In this document: piece by piece, positions 26,673 through 40,529 of the stretch | Position numbering within the stretch: the first letter of the stretch is position 1 | Layout: each line of letters opens with the position of its first letter | From: Eledone cirrhosa | Lineage: Eukaryota | Direction: 5' to 3' | Assembly: GCA_964016885.1 (NCBI GenBank) | Contig: OZ024742.1 | Coordinates: 154,194,001-154,258,000 of the forward strand | Length of the DNA: 64,000 bases | Program-made: the position numbers and the translations under genes | The notes under the pieces: generated by a model | Seen by the model: only the letters and a program-made list of their open reading frames with translations | Told to the model about the DNA's origin: nothing | Database searches by the model: none

Positions 26673-26745
<73 letters not shown>
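25600..26745. repeat. Compound (CA)/(TA)/(TACA) low-complexity block
   Basis: Direct reading. Confidence 0.93.
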
Positions 26746-26747
<2 letters not shown>

Positions 26748-28849
26748 CTATATGTGTTTGTTTGTGTCTGTGTATTTAATTTACTTCTGTGTGTGCGTGT
26801 CTTGTGTTCTGCTTTGCTATGAATAAAAAAAATATAATCCGCTGATATGAACATAACACTTATTTTGTTGCAGCGCTGCTTATCTGCGTCTACTTTTATC
26901 CGCTTCTCTAAGATTTCAGAAGTTTGTTTATTTTTGTTTGCGTTTTTATGGATTCTTTGTCTAACTTTGTCTATAGATTAAAATATTTTGCCATCATCAT
27001 CATCATTATCGTCAACTTGATTTTGTCTGTTGTTTTTTAGTAGGTGTTGGTGTTAGAGGCTATGTTGATGATGATGTTGATAGTCATCCCCTTTTTATTC
27101 TCAAACATCGTCTACAATATCATTCGCTATATTATTTCTGTGATATTTAGACCAAATTATAAGTTGCACTTATGTCGTTTTTTTCCTTTGCATTAAATAA
27201 ATAATAATCTTAAAAGCGGAGAGCCACTCATATTACAGATTCTATACGAAATTCTGATTTTATTAGGTATCCGGTAGCGATCTTCGACAGATACTGCGTG
27301 TAGAATCTGGTTCATTTGTCATAAACGATTCCGTTGAAAGAAAAATTCAATCGTTTTCAGGTAAATTGCGTACGTAAAATTAATTGTCCAAAATATCGAT
27401 ATATTGAAAGCAATGACTGTCAACTATTTCAAATAAAAACATGATCAGACGGATGACTACTTCTAAGCTCACGTACGTTTAGCTAAACTATTGTTTGGGT
27501 TGTTATTTACCATTGAGATATGCCTTGTCTAGGATCATAGTCTTTTATGTGAAAAGAACATCTCTTCCATTGTTTCCGGAATAACGTATAAAGATATACA
27601 TTATCCGGTGCGTGGGTGTCTTCTCTCCTTTTTTAGGAGATATGATGGCGATTTGAAATATATTTGTTCCCCTTTACTAGTAGGGTATGTTGTCACTAGT
27701 ATTTGATTGAGTATGAGATGGGTCGCACACAGTAATGTTGAGATGCAAATTGTGAGTTAAGATTCGAGGAAAATTGTATTCCTTTGTAAATTATAGCTAC
27801 AAGTGAAATCAGAGCCAAATATTCATTAAACAATCAGAGAATATCTACATTCGTATATCCAGCATTAAGTTGAGAAATTGGTTTGGCAAATAGAATGGAA
27901 ATAAATCAAATGCGAAATCGTAACTTAGAGTAACGAAAATATAAAAACGACATTTCGCATTGAGGGATCAATCATGCGTTGCTTACAATAAATGAGAAGA
28001 CAGAATAATTCAATATCACAAAATGTTAAATGTTTTCTGCAATACAATAAAATTCCTTAACACGCACAGAAAATGTTTTGTATTTTAAACAATTTAGTTT
28101 CAAATATATGAGTTGTAATTATTATTTCTCATGTTAGCTGTGTGATTTTTGTGCACATTCAACTTTTCGGGTTGGTGTATAAAGCAAACACGGAGGTTAG
28201 GGTGAATATTCTGATGACATATTTGTGGATGACAGGACTGTTTGAAGGATTTTGTGCATGGTTTTGTGGTAAGGATTGTATACCGGGAGAGCAGATTCGG
28301 TTATATCAGTTGAGAGTTGGTAAAGCTGACATGCCACATGATATTTAAAATAGGATGGCGTTGTTTACAGTAATATTTAGTGAAATACACGTTTATTTTG
28401 TAATGATTAAATTTGTTTCGGTAATCAGCTATTGAATACGTTCTAGCGTGTTTGCGTGTAGGAACTGCACCGGACAATATATCTGAATATAATATAATGT
28501 ATTTCTTCTTTGAGATGTTTGGAGAACCATCAGAGATTAGACATGATCTGCTTTTGGAAAGTAATTCTAGTCATTGTACATCAGAAAAGAATATATATTA
28601 TCTGGCCCTAGAACTAGTTTTTGCACATCAGATTTCGGAACGTTAAAAGCATGTGCCAATATTAATTTCTACTTAAAACAAAAGACCAGCAAATTTGAGG
28701 ATGGATATAGTTGATTAAATCATTGGCATATGAATGTATCACGGCTAGAAAGATGACAGATAATGTTGACGTCGGCAGTATTTGAACTTGAAATGCAATG
28801 TGCAAAGACCAATACTGCAATTGAATTAAATTATGTGCTTTAACAATTC

Positions 28850-29560
28850 TACCAATATCAAACACTCGATGACGAGATAATGAATCGTAAAATGAAAGTC
28901 ACGAGAACATTTCGCAAGCCTCGCAATTACCTTTGGAATAAGAGGTGCCTATAACCGGACAAGCTACAAGTTTATAAAGCTGCTACAATGACAACACCAC
29001 TCTTATATGGAACAGAATATTAGACACCATGCAGATCACACATCAACTAATTAGACGTCTTACATAAATATTATCTCCGGGCAATCTGAGGGTACACACT
29101 CGAAGACAAAATGTCCAACGGTGACCGCCTCAATGAGTGCTAAATTGGAGACACTGAGACATTTCCTATGAAATTACGACTATTTTGAACTGGTCATATC
29201 TTGAGAATATGTGACAAAATAATACCAAATGTCCATAAGCACAGTTAGCGTGACAGAGAATATAGAAATGTTTGAGGGTACAAAGACAAGCCGAAGAGTA
29301 ATCTTTCAGCAATCAATATACCTTATGAATCATTTGAGTAAGTGGACTAGGAAGGGAAGAAATGGGGATCTCTGCGTCATAATGGGATAAGGAATTCCAA
29401 GTGCGGTTGTATCCCTAGGATGAAAGAAGCAAGAGGCACGAGAAAATCATTATAAAACATACAACCAACATTGTCCAGTAATCTTCCCGATCTGCAGACG
29501 TCATTGCAAATCCTTAGCTACTCCAAATATCATGCCCGAGGAAAATATCCAGACTGAGTG
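28850..29560 (+). mobile_element. Old RTE-clade LINE 3' fragment
   Basis: Degenerate VYKAATMTTPLLYGTE and following RTE C-terminal-like peptides. Confidence 0.55.
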
Positions 29561-29615
29561 AACTGAATAGGTTTATTGGATCCTTATAACTCGGAATCAA
29601 CGGGACCGTCTATAT

Positions 29616-29654
<39 letters not shown>

Positions 29655-29800
29655 CCTGAGAGTGTAAGGCGAAGTTACTGTAGGTTCACCCGGATGAGCA
29701 CTCGATTTTAGGTTCACGTCAGTATCGAGGTGTAGAACTAGACAAAGTGTGCTATAATAATACGAAGACGAATAGTTAAGCCTTCATTACGTTTATTGGT

Positions 29801-29840
29801 TGGTGACGCGCGTTTCGCTATTGATTAGCTCAAAGATCTT
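29801..29840 (-). ncRNA. Degenerate minimal hammerhead
   Basis: ga-gcua aucaa uagc-GAAA-cgcgcg-UC-acc, then aauaaa. The CUGA part is decayed. Confidence 0.5.
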
Positions 29841-30312
29841 CTGAAGACACGGTTAAGGGTGAAAGTAGCGATTCTTTGCTTAAACTTTAATGTGTTATTT
29901 TAATAAATATTTGCTCTAGTGTTCTTATGTATTTGATATATATTTATCCTTATCTTTGGATTTTATCTTCAGATTTATTATTATTACTATATATATATAA
30001 AATTACAAGAAACGAAGAAGGCTGTGTGGTTACTGTAAACAAGTTTTAAGATGGTAATATGTACGAAACAAGAGAAGAAACCCTTCATCAGCAGTTAACT
30101 GTAGATCATAGATATTTCGGCGCTTAAAACAGGACATCGAAATCGATCAGCAGCGCGCGCAAGGCCTTTTATCAATCAAACGGACCTGAGGGTAAGAAAA
30201 ACTAGTAAAGAGAAAAAAAGGAAAGAGGAAAAAGCGAAGTAAACTAACAGAATGGAGGGGGTCATAGGAGAATGGCACATGCAATTAAGAGTGTGAATGT
30301 GTGTGTGTATGT

Positions 30313-31085
30313 ATAATTTGTAAAGTGTGTAAGCACACATAGCTAGTTAGGTAACTAAATAAAGTTTAACTAGAACCTCAAATATAGATAACTTTTTTAA
30401 AAAAGAGATTAATCATTTTAAACGTATCTATATCTGATATTCTAGTTAAACTTTAATTAGTTACCTAACTAGCTATGTGTGCTTACACACTTTATAAATT
30501 ATTCCCTGAGATTGTTTCATGTGTTTATTTTATATATATATGTGTCAATCTATTTCTAGTTGATATAAAATGCTCGGATCTATTCATTGGAATCTTTAAG
30601 CTTATTCTGCAGTAAATATATCGTATGTCTCTCATACATGACAACCTTAATTTAATTGTGGATATATATACGGCCCCTTGATTGTAGAGCTAATTCAGTT
30701 GAATGGAATCGGCTGCTTTTTCTAGCTGTCGATAATCCTATTCACGCCACTGGGATGACGCGGTGCGATGTCTGTATTTTTTTACCAAATGCAACACGTT
30801 GTTCGAGTCATTCACAGATTTGCATTTGCTGTGTAAACGTAGATTTGACCGTGATTTGACCGCTGTGATTTACTGGTTAGTTGGTGAAATTTATTTTTTA
30901 TTTAAAGAAATATTTACAAAGGAGTTTAATCATTTTAAAAGGTATCTATATTTGAAGTTCTAGTTAAACTTTAATAAGTTACCTAACTAGCTATGTCTTC
31001 TTACACACTTTACTAATTATTCCTTGAGATTGTTTCATGTGATTATTTTATAAATATATGTGTCAATCTATTTCTAATTGATATA
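30313..31085. repeat. Palindrome (30313-30503) plus direct repeat (about 30410-30565 vs 30925-31085)
   Basis: ctagttaaacttta..agttacctaactagctatgt occurs once inverted and twice direct, a PLE pLTR-like arrangement. Confidence 0.78.
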
Positions 31086-31100
31086 TATACACACATATAT

Positions 31101-31198
<98 letters not shown>

Positions 31199-31960
31199 GC
31201 GTGTGTTTATGTGTGTGTATACATACAATGTGTTTTATTTTCGTTTATAAAAAACAAAAAATTATGTTTCAAATTTCACCATTTTATCACAATGAATGTC
31301 GGATTATGCTTTCCAGCCTGGGAATTCTTTTCCGTGTATAAATTTGAAGTCGACACTTGAAAATTCTCACAGACTGAAAATTGTGTTGTGATTTTAAAAT
31401 GAAATCTCCTAAAATGAAGCATTGTGCATTCATATCGATTTACTGAGATTTAATGTAGCAGTCGTATCGCAGTAAATCACGAAATATATCGTATTAATCC
31501 AAATTTATCATGAATATTGCATATTATAGATAGATCAAGTTATAGTTTATTATAGCCACCAATGAAATACTTTATATAAAGCTATAAGGATATCTGTTTG
31601 TTGGGTGATATATAACCGTGTATGTGATAAATATTTCATTTTGAAATCACTTTTTATAGAGAAATACATTCGAATATTCTGTTGTTAGTAATCAATAAAA
31701 TATATACAAACGCGAATTCCTTTTCTGTGGCGGGAATTTGAATTTAATAACGATATGTTGGTTTAGTAACTTGGCAGAACAGATTGGTAGTTTTACGAGG
31801 GAAAATAAGAATAGGAAAAAAGAACAAACCTATATAATTTGAAATATAATTTCATTATCACTAGAATATTTAACAAAAAGGAATAACGAAAGTGAGTTAT
31901 AACTAAACCAATTGGAACAATATATTCTGGAAGAGAGAATACTTGCTGGTTTAGTATATA

Positions 31961-34215
31961 CTAGCTGACGTACCCAGCTTCGCCCGGATAAACAGATGAT
32001 AAGAGAATACAGGTAATAGAGAAAATGACTGTATTGGACGTTTTCTGGTTACAGTATGTAGCGAGTCCGTGGTGTCGGTGTGATACAAAAAACATAAAAA
32101 AAAAATCTTCCATATATATCAGCTTCTTCGTTTACCGTGTGTACATAGTATATGAAAAGTTCTAGGTGCTCACACCTAGAATAGTGACCGCTAGGAGATG
32201 GTTCATCTTCTGCCTGACTTTAAATCGTGTACCATTGCATAAACGTGGTTGTTCCACGTTTCTCAAAAGAATGATGGTAGTTCCAATATTTTCTATTATA
32301 TGTAGATATAGACATAGATAATGAATATAAAAGATGTCCGTCAATGTAAAATAGGTCCCTATTTACTTGAAATGGCTTATACAAATGCCAAATTAATATG
32401 GATATGAATAACATGCTTATCTATAAGTGGTCAGCTATAATAATTGTTTCTGCTTTTTGGCACAAGGCCAGCAAATTACCCAGTACATTACTGGTACTTT
32501 ATTTTATCGGCCGTGTAAGGATGAAAGGCAAAGTCACCTCGACGGGATTTGAACTCAGACCGTAAATGGACGTAACTATGCTGAAAAGCATGGCGTCCGA
32601 CCCTCTACCGACACTGCCAATTCACCGCCCTCAGCTATAATAATAAAACAACAAATTATATGACACAAAAATGTATTCAGTAATTTCCAGGCTCTTAGCC
32701 ACTGAGTAATAGATAGTCAATATTGCACAGAGTTCACTCGGGGAGATGGCCTGGTTTGAATTCCAAATGGCGGATCCTTCTACTTCGAAAATAGAATCGT
32801 TTTTCAATATTACTCAAGCCCTTGCCGGCCATAGGCACCAAGCCTTTTGCCAGACACAGCATATGATGAGGTTTTATTACAACCGCTATCATAAGCGATA
32901 AATTTGAAGGCAATTTCTACCAATACTTATTGGTATTTATTGCGTAACATAGCAGTCAAAGCAATTTTTACCAATACTAGTTTGTTTTTATTGCTCATAA
33001 CGACATTAAATGACATTGAACATACATGATAACTATGTCAAAGCTCACAATACTGATTAAAGGACACCAATGTCCGATTCATTTACGTCGCTTATTATTA
33101 GCATTAAAGATATGCATACATCAACTCAAAGCTTCATTATAGACACTATTCAGTGTTGTTCCTCTGTTAGTGGTATCGATTCCACATTTTACACGATCAG
33201 GATCGCACACTCGAGAAGCAGCAACATACAGTTGCCGATGGCTGAATGCTGGATCATTCAAGTAAACACCGACTAGCTTGAAAGTCTGTCCCTGTGCCTT
33301 GTTAACAGTCATGGAGAAGGCCAAATTTACGGGAAACTGTTTACTTTGCCAAATAAATGGTTGCAGATCTCTACTTGGTCTCAGCATGATCCTCGAAATG
33401 AGAACAGATTCCTCTCTGCCTGAGAGTTTAGCTTCTAAAACTCTTCCGTTAATCAATCTCTCAACAATAAATCAGGTACCATTGCAAAGACCCATTTTAT
33501 GATTGATATTTTTAACCTTTTTCAACCTCAAAATAAGTGGGGGGCAATCCGGGTATTTGAAGTGAATTCAGATACTCAGTCGGAACATCCATATTGTTCT
33601 GCTGATTAGGCTGCATCGTATCCGCACTGACGGTCAACCATTCCTCTCCAGGAAACATTCCGGCTACTTGTGAATTTATTTCATCGACCGTTGCATTCGT
33701 ATGAGTTAGAATAACGCGTTCCGATATCCAGGAGATATTCAGCCAAAAAGCATTCAAATTAGGGAACACCCAGTCAATCAATGCTTGGCGGTCCAGTGGC
33801 ATGACCAAATGGTCTGGGATTCTTACAGTCTGATTATCACCAACGTGTGGCAATTCATCGTTTCCCATCTACATCAATCATCGGCTGTATGTATCAGCCT
33901 TTTAGATTTGCCCGAAAATACGAAGTCGTATATTATCGTGTAATCGCAAAACTCTGAAATGGCGCCAGAACGGAGACTTTTTCAGACATGCATCGACAAT
34001 TGGCGCTCTTTGAGCATTCCTAACAATTGGTAGCACGTGTCTGAGAACGATAGTCTTACCACCGAATGGCAGGTCACTACCGCAGATATCTCTCAATGTT
34101 CTGTCCAATGCCTCCAGCAAATTTCTGTGGGCCATTGGAGCCTCATCCCAAATAATCAGAGACGTATTGCATGCTCATTTACTCGGACCATGCTTGACTC
34201 TTTCACATATCTTTC
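31961..34215 (-). mobile_element. Helitron remnant: Pif1-family helicase pseudogene and 3' CTAG terminus
   Basis: MAHRNLLEALDRTLRDI..PFGGK, ILTHTNATVDEIN, QFPVNLAFSMTVNKAQGQT..QLYVAASRV, plus a second LLRN..PRLCNGTR fragment at 32162-32344. Minus strand ends ccgggcgaagctgggtacgtcagCTAG|T at 31961. Confidence 0.85.
32445..32630 (-). mobile_element. tRNA-derived SINE with 14 bp TSD, inside the Helitron
   Basis: TSD tcagctataataat at 32431-32444 and 32631-32644. Confidence 0.9.
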
Positions 34216-34218
34216 AAC

Positions 34219-35260
34219 AAACTGCTTGGAAATAAGCTAGTCTCTCTCCACTTATTTTTCTCTTCGGGTGAAACTTGAAATTGTTAATCAGAGCTTCGCT
34301 GAAGGGGAAAGTGTTTGTCTTATACTCTTTCAAATGTGTCAAATACATGACCTGTTTAGCCACGGCCACCAGGTAGATAAAAACAGCATGTTCTTCCCCT
34401 GTCAAAGAAGACGTTGGTGTGATCTTCATAATGGAATCAGTTGATAAACAGTTTCTTCCAATAGGGGATGGCAAAAGGCTAGACGATATGACCATCTTTC
34501 CGTTCCGCGGTGGCAAAACCCTCGTCTGGGATGCTACTTGTAGCGACACTTTCTCCAGCTGCAACCTGGTACAGTCTGCGACTAACCAAGGTACTGCTGC
34601 CCGTCTGGCTGAGGAGGCCAAACTCTCCAAATGCCGGTCGCTCTCCGACAGGTTCGCAGTCGTGCCCTTGGCACTGGAGACTTCTCGTGTCATTGGCCCT
34701 AGGGCTACCTCCCTATTCACCACCATAGGCACTGAGCTGCCAGCCGCAGACGTGAGCCTCGCGAATTGGAGTGGCTCTTCCAGTGCATCTCACTTACCAT
34801 CCTCCGGGGAAACGCTTTCTCCATCCTGTCCGACGGGGCTGTTGAGAAGGCTAGCACGTGGAATCCCATTTCCTCACCATACGGATTAATAGGCAAAGTT
34901 ATAATCTATTGTAAATACACCTATTTAAAGCTTTAAAAAAATAATAAAAAAATAAAAAATAAAAAGTATTCGACGTAAGACCATAAATCATCAATACTCT
35001 GACACTCGACGAGTGCAGGCATGAAGGTTTCGTCGCCTTGCGCGCATCTCAGATTCGCGCGGCTTACTTCAGTTCCAGGCCTGTAGAGTATATCTCGGTC
35101 TGGCGAAGCTCTTCAGTAGCACTGGCAGGTCAGGTATTTCTGGTAATTATCCAAAGGCCCTGGACTGATGGTTCTTTTGAAAAAAGTGGCTAGTTGGATT
35201 TCGTTGACGCCATGAGTCTCTCAAATAACGGCATTGTTTTTAGCGACCACTAAAACACTA
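34219..35260 (-). mobile_element. Diverged Tx1-type 3' fragment split by a CRE-like insertion
   Basis: 34219-34465 encodes AVFIYLVAVAK..ALINNFKFHPKRKI. The reverse complement of 34966-35260 aligns to about 22570-22835. Confidence 0.78.
34465..34965 (+). mobile_element. CRE-like non-LTR 3' end (restriction-like endonuclease + poly-A)
   Basis: DGKRLDDMTIFPFRGGKTLVWDATCSDT..AEEAKLSK..VPLALETS. A-rich tail at 34935-34965. Confidence 0.78.
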
Positions 35261-35941
35261 GAACAAAGGTTCTGAAGCCATTTCGGCCAAACGCCCTCTT
35301 TTGCCCCTCACAATCACGAAGCCCCTCCCCCCTACCCTATTTTTCCACTATCAATATACTACTGAATTTAATATCAGTAGATTACTGGGCCAAATCAAGT
35401 TATGTTAGAATCTTTAAAAAAATATTTAAAAAATGCTCGTACGAATTAAATACAAAAAAGTTTCAGTCCAAAACAAAAGCAAGCTATTTCAAATTATATA
35501 TTTAAAAAAAAGAAAACGTGAATGTTCTCAAAGATTTTGAGTGGATAGACAATTCTACAATTCAAACTGTAAAGATGCAACATATGAAGAAATTCTTACC
35601 TTTCTCTTGAATCACAACTGAAGCGAAAAATAGTACCTGGCAAAATAAAGTGCCTCGATCACAAACTGAGTTGCAACGAATGAATTGAGATGTTTAGTGA
35701 CAGTGAACAAACAATATCTGTATCACTTAAATATATATATATATATACATAGATAGATAAACACACACGCGTACATGCACGCGCACACTAACACACACAT
35801 AAATACACACACATACACACACTCACACACACACAAAAAAAACTTGTGTGTGTCTTGTTTTTGGTACAGAAAGTATTTTGTCTCCAGTTTTCATTGCCGG
35901 GTCTAAGGCCATTTCTCTTTTCAACAACGTCAAATAACAAC

Positions 35942-36235
<294 letters not shown>

Positions 36236-36354
36236 TTCATTTATTAACATTTTGAATAATATTAAATACTCAAGTAAAATCGTTTGTCGTGTGCTTCTAA
36301 TCTATTGTAAAATTGTATTCGTTGATTAATCAATGAACCATATTAATCTTTGGT

Positions 36355-36388
<34 letters not shown>

Positions 36389-36611
36389 AGAGAGAGAGAG
36401 AGAGAGAGGGAGCGATAGAGAGAGAGAAAGAGAAAGAAAGAGAGGGAGACAGAGAGAGATTAAGAAATGTGTGTGCGTGTATAAGTTTGGTGCACGTCTA
36501 TCTATCTATCTATCTATCTCTCCGACAGGGGGCTCAAATATGCGGCGCGCGAACTACTTTTCTATGGCACATGAGAACCAATATTTCAGATTCCATTATA
36601 ACTAGTGAAAG

Positions 36612-36790
36612 TAAGGCAGTGAGCTGGTGGAATCGTTAGAACATCTGGCGAAATGCTTAGCAGTACGTCTTCCGTTTTTACGTTCACAGTTCAAATTCCG
36701 CCGATATCGACTTTGGCATTCATCCTTTTGGGGTCGATAAATTAAGTACCAGTTGTGAACAGGGATCGATGTAATCGAGAGACACTAAAC
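36612..36790 (+). mobile_element. Diverged tRNA-derived SINE
   Basis: gttcaaattccg B-box and tttcatccttttggggtcgataaattaagtaccag core. Confidence 0.75.
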
Positions 36791-36895
36791 TCTAAATGTC
36801 ATGCCTTTTGCCTATATTAGATATCATCATCTACCATCATGTTTGGCCACTGTGCCCCTCCTGACCTTCAGTTTCAGACCCCTCTTCTACACACA

Positions 36896-36977
<82 letters not shown>

Positions 36978-37099
36978 CACATTACTTTGTTTCTGTCTCT
37001 GTACTACGCCCATGCTGAAGCATCACCTTCGTAAGTTATGGGACGTCAACAAACCAACAAGCATTGGTGGAAGTGCACACACAAACGCAAAGACACACA

Positions 37100-37235
37100 C
37101 AGACAAATATACATATATACGACGCGCTTCTTTTAGTTACGGTTTATCAAATCCACTCACGGGGCTTTGGTCCGCCCAGGCAGTGGGACTGAATCCGGAA
37201 ACATGTGGTCGGTAAGCAAGCTTCTTGTCACACTG
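37100..37235 (-). mobile_element. Fragment of a second SINE family
   Basis: tRNA-like head on the minus strand (ggattcagtcccactgc) and aaatccactcac segment. Confidence 0.55.
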
Positions 37236-37238
37236 CGC

Positions 37239-37294
<56 letters not shown>

Positions 37295-37416
37295 TGGTAG
37301 CTATGGTGCTTCCATATGCGGTATGCCAAAATTACCACTTGATATTCATCAGAGTAGAGTGTTGATATTATCAAGAAAACGAAAAATCAGTGATGCATCT
37401 GGACTTAGTTTATTTC

Positions 37417-37506
37417 GTGTTACAAATGTTTCGCCGGCATGTAGCTCGAGTCATGGTCCTTGTATGGATCTGGCTGATTCTACTTCTGCGGGTTCTTTCA
37501 GACAGT
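37417..37506 (-). ncRNA. Hammerhead-like variant with long stem II
   Basis: ugu-CUGAAAGA-(ccgca..guag / cuac..ugccgg)-GAAA-cauuug-UA-aca, then aauaaa. Confidence 0.5.
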
Positions 37507-38229
37507 GTCACCCAAGCGCCCCCACAAAGCTACAAACGCCCCCTAAAGCCCCTTGCTCTAAACATTGCTCCTATGGAGCTCCGAAACGCCCCCCGTTGAG
37601 AACCTTTGCTCTAGAGAATGTCATGGTGGAGTTTTCACCGGTCATAAATGTAATAAGTTCACTGAGAATAGTATAATTCGAGCTGTTTCTACGTCGTTCT
37701 TAAAAGAGAAATAAACTTTTATGAGAAACAAATCAAAACAAAACAAAAAAAAACAAAAAAACACCAGTTTCAGATCTGATTCATGATATAGTTTTCATTA
37801 TTATTACGATAAAAATACCAGGAAAAACCCACTAAAGTTCAATAGCGGAAATGAGTGAATATGCCAAACACGTTGAATCTAGAGAACGGCGTATTGTGGT
37901 TGGAACCTTAGGTGAAAGTCGTTCGCCTGACAGGTTTTCAATTGCTCAGCACGGTGGTTTCTGTCGTATTCAATGTAATATTGAATTAAAGAGAGTTAAG
38001 TGGGACAAAGTGTTTAACGAGGTTGTAGTGGAGTTCTATCTGTGAAGTAGGCCAGGAGGAAGGGTATATTGAAAAAGTATGATCAATCCGGAATACAATA
38101 AGTGTATTTCGTGCAAACTTGTCAAACCGGATGCATACGCGCGCGATAGAGAGAGGCTGTCACATGCAGAAATAGATGAGAATGAAATAAATGTTTCTAC
38201 TTTTGGCACAAGGCCAAATTCAGTGACAT

Positions 38230-39210
38230 GAGGGTAATACATAAAGGAAAAAGTATGAAGAGCCAAACTAGCGAGATTTTGTTGGATATGTTGTTGAAGG
38301 AATTGTGGCAGAACATTTTGAGAATTGGTGATGAACAATAAACAATCATAAACCATTTAAATGTGTAACTTGAACACCCAGTTCAACTTGAAAGAATTGA
38401 CCGGAGGGCTTCTGAAAGAAAGAATCTAGAGAGAAAATGAAGCTTCCAAATAAGTCATGAGCACAATACAGAAATCATTAATGATACAAATTGCCTAGTC
38501 CTTACTAAAGCAAATATTGAAGCTGACTTGCTGGGATTTAAAATCAAATTAAAAGGGAGACATATGCAGCAATGGGGGCGAACAGATTTTCATAATAGTG
38601 TTAAACAATCGAAAAAGGATCTAAGCAATTTGAAGGAATGGAAAACAGTAAGGTTACAAAACAAATGGATACAATAAACACAATATCATCTGAAGAATAA
38701 GGATTTATGTTAAATAATGTTAAAATAATGAATAAATGCAACGACTGCAAAACTAAAGAAATACAAAATAAGAAGTAACATGATTTGGGAAACTGGAAAT
38801 AAATCGAAAGAAACAATGATGTGAGGCCAGATGTAAAAGAAAGCATTGCTTTTTGGAATAACATTTGTACAAAATCTGTTCAATACACTGGTAAAGCAGA
38901 TTGGATAAGGAATGTTGAGAAACAGGTAACATGCGTACACAAGCAGAAAAACATCAAACTAAAAAGAGATGGGGGAAATCAGTTATGAAAAATGTCAAAA
39001 TGGAAAGTATCAAAATGAAAAATGTGAAAATGGATAGTGCGTGGGTCACAGCTTGTATATATATTGATTAAAAAATAGCAGCAACATTCATGGAGTAATA
39101 GTTACACAGCCAGAATAAGTCGGGAGTAGAACCATGAATACACAAATGGAAAGAGAAAACCTACTTCCTGGCGAGCAGTAGACGAGTAGGCATAATAACA
39201 GAAGAACAAA
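38230..39210 (+). mobile_element. Very old R4/Dong-like fragment
   Basis: Degenerate pre-RT peptides (AFWNNI, KMSKWK). Confidence 0.45.
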
Positions 39211-39239
39211 ACACTTACTGATGAGTGATAAAATGGTAC

Positions 39240-39710
39240 TGAAGAACTACTAAATGTGGTCGTTTCGAGAAGCAGGTTATGGAGGATGACCTAAGTTGCA
39301 GGCGACTCGCACCCCTAAGTCGACTCACGGTTGATGTTGTGTATCCATTTAGTTTAAGTATTCCAATAAATGTGCCGTGGAGGCCGCTTAGTCCCCCGCC
39401 TTTTTGCATTTGTCCCGTATACATGTGAGATCTTTCCTCAAAATGCGGTTTTTGTACCAAGTTTGAAAGCCGACTTGTTTATGCTTACAGAGGTTTTGCA
39501 GTCAGCTTTCCTGTAGAAGTCGGTTGGATTTCAAATTCTTCCGTCACATTAAGTTCGAGGACGATTAAGGATCTCGGTCCAGTCATTTCAGGTTATTCTG
39601 GGATGAAAGTGTTATCTACGATGATGGATAGGGGTTGCTGTATATCAGATGAAATTGAGTCCAAATCAGTATATGTTGTGAAAGATGATGCACTGAGATA
39701 CAGGTTGCCA
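39240..39710 (-). mobile_element. Degenerate PLE RT-thumb fragment
   Basis: TDFYRK, KSAF and LKLNGY motifs across frameshifts. Abuts (TA)n. Confidence 0.4.
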
Positions 39711-39713
39711 GTG

Positions 39714-39747
<34 letters not shown>

Positions 39748-40030
39748 AGTGTATGTGTGTATTTGTGTGTGTTTGTGTGTACATATAACATAAATATGTA
39801 AAACATCGCGACTAGACTATACAAAGGATTTCGTAAATTGTGCGACTTGTTAAACCTTGGAGAATAAAATGCCGAAAATGAGTTTTGTGACTAGGATATA
39901 TAGCTGAGGAAACGATGTCTACCAAGGCTAATTAACAAAAGACGGAAAATCTGGGCACGTGAGAAACTAATGTTCGAAAGAAGAGCCAATGTAGAAATAG
40001 ACAAGCTTGCGAGATTTATAGTAGAAAAGG

Positions 40031-40080
<50 letters not shown>

Positions 40081-40529
40081 ATAGGGGAGGGGATGAAGAG
40101 TAGGATAGAGAGAGGATGGGAGATGTAAAGAGAGAGAAACTAAAAATGAGATAGAAAATAAAATGTTTCACGTGTATAAAACATGGCATGATATCATATA
40201 AAGCGTTAATATTTTTCATATAAAGCGTTAATATTTTTCATATAAAGCGTTAACTTAAGTATTAGCAGATACTTATATTACGAACTGACAGCTGCATCAT
40301 TACCACATCAGCCAACTTGCTGGTGTTCAATTTTTCACAACAGACTGGAGAACCCTTGTGTTGATAAAGTATGTGATAGGATAACAAAAAAAAAAAACGA
40401 ATGGACAGAGAATTTTTAGAAGAAAAAATGTGCGTACACGTGAGTAGGTGCATTTGTGTGTGTGACTATTTGTCTACGTAAGTATACACACACACACACG
40501 CGCACATATATATATATATATATTGTTAT

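Noticed and set aside
25691-26854. Long YI/HT/CV-repeat ORFs here and at many other tracts
   Set aside because: Translations of microsatellites.
33121-34135. Cellular PIF1 gene
   Set aside because: Intronless, frameshifted and linked to a Helitron-type CTAG end.
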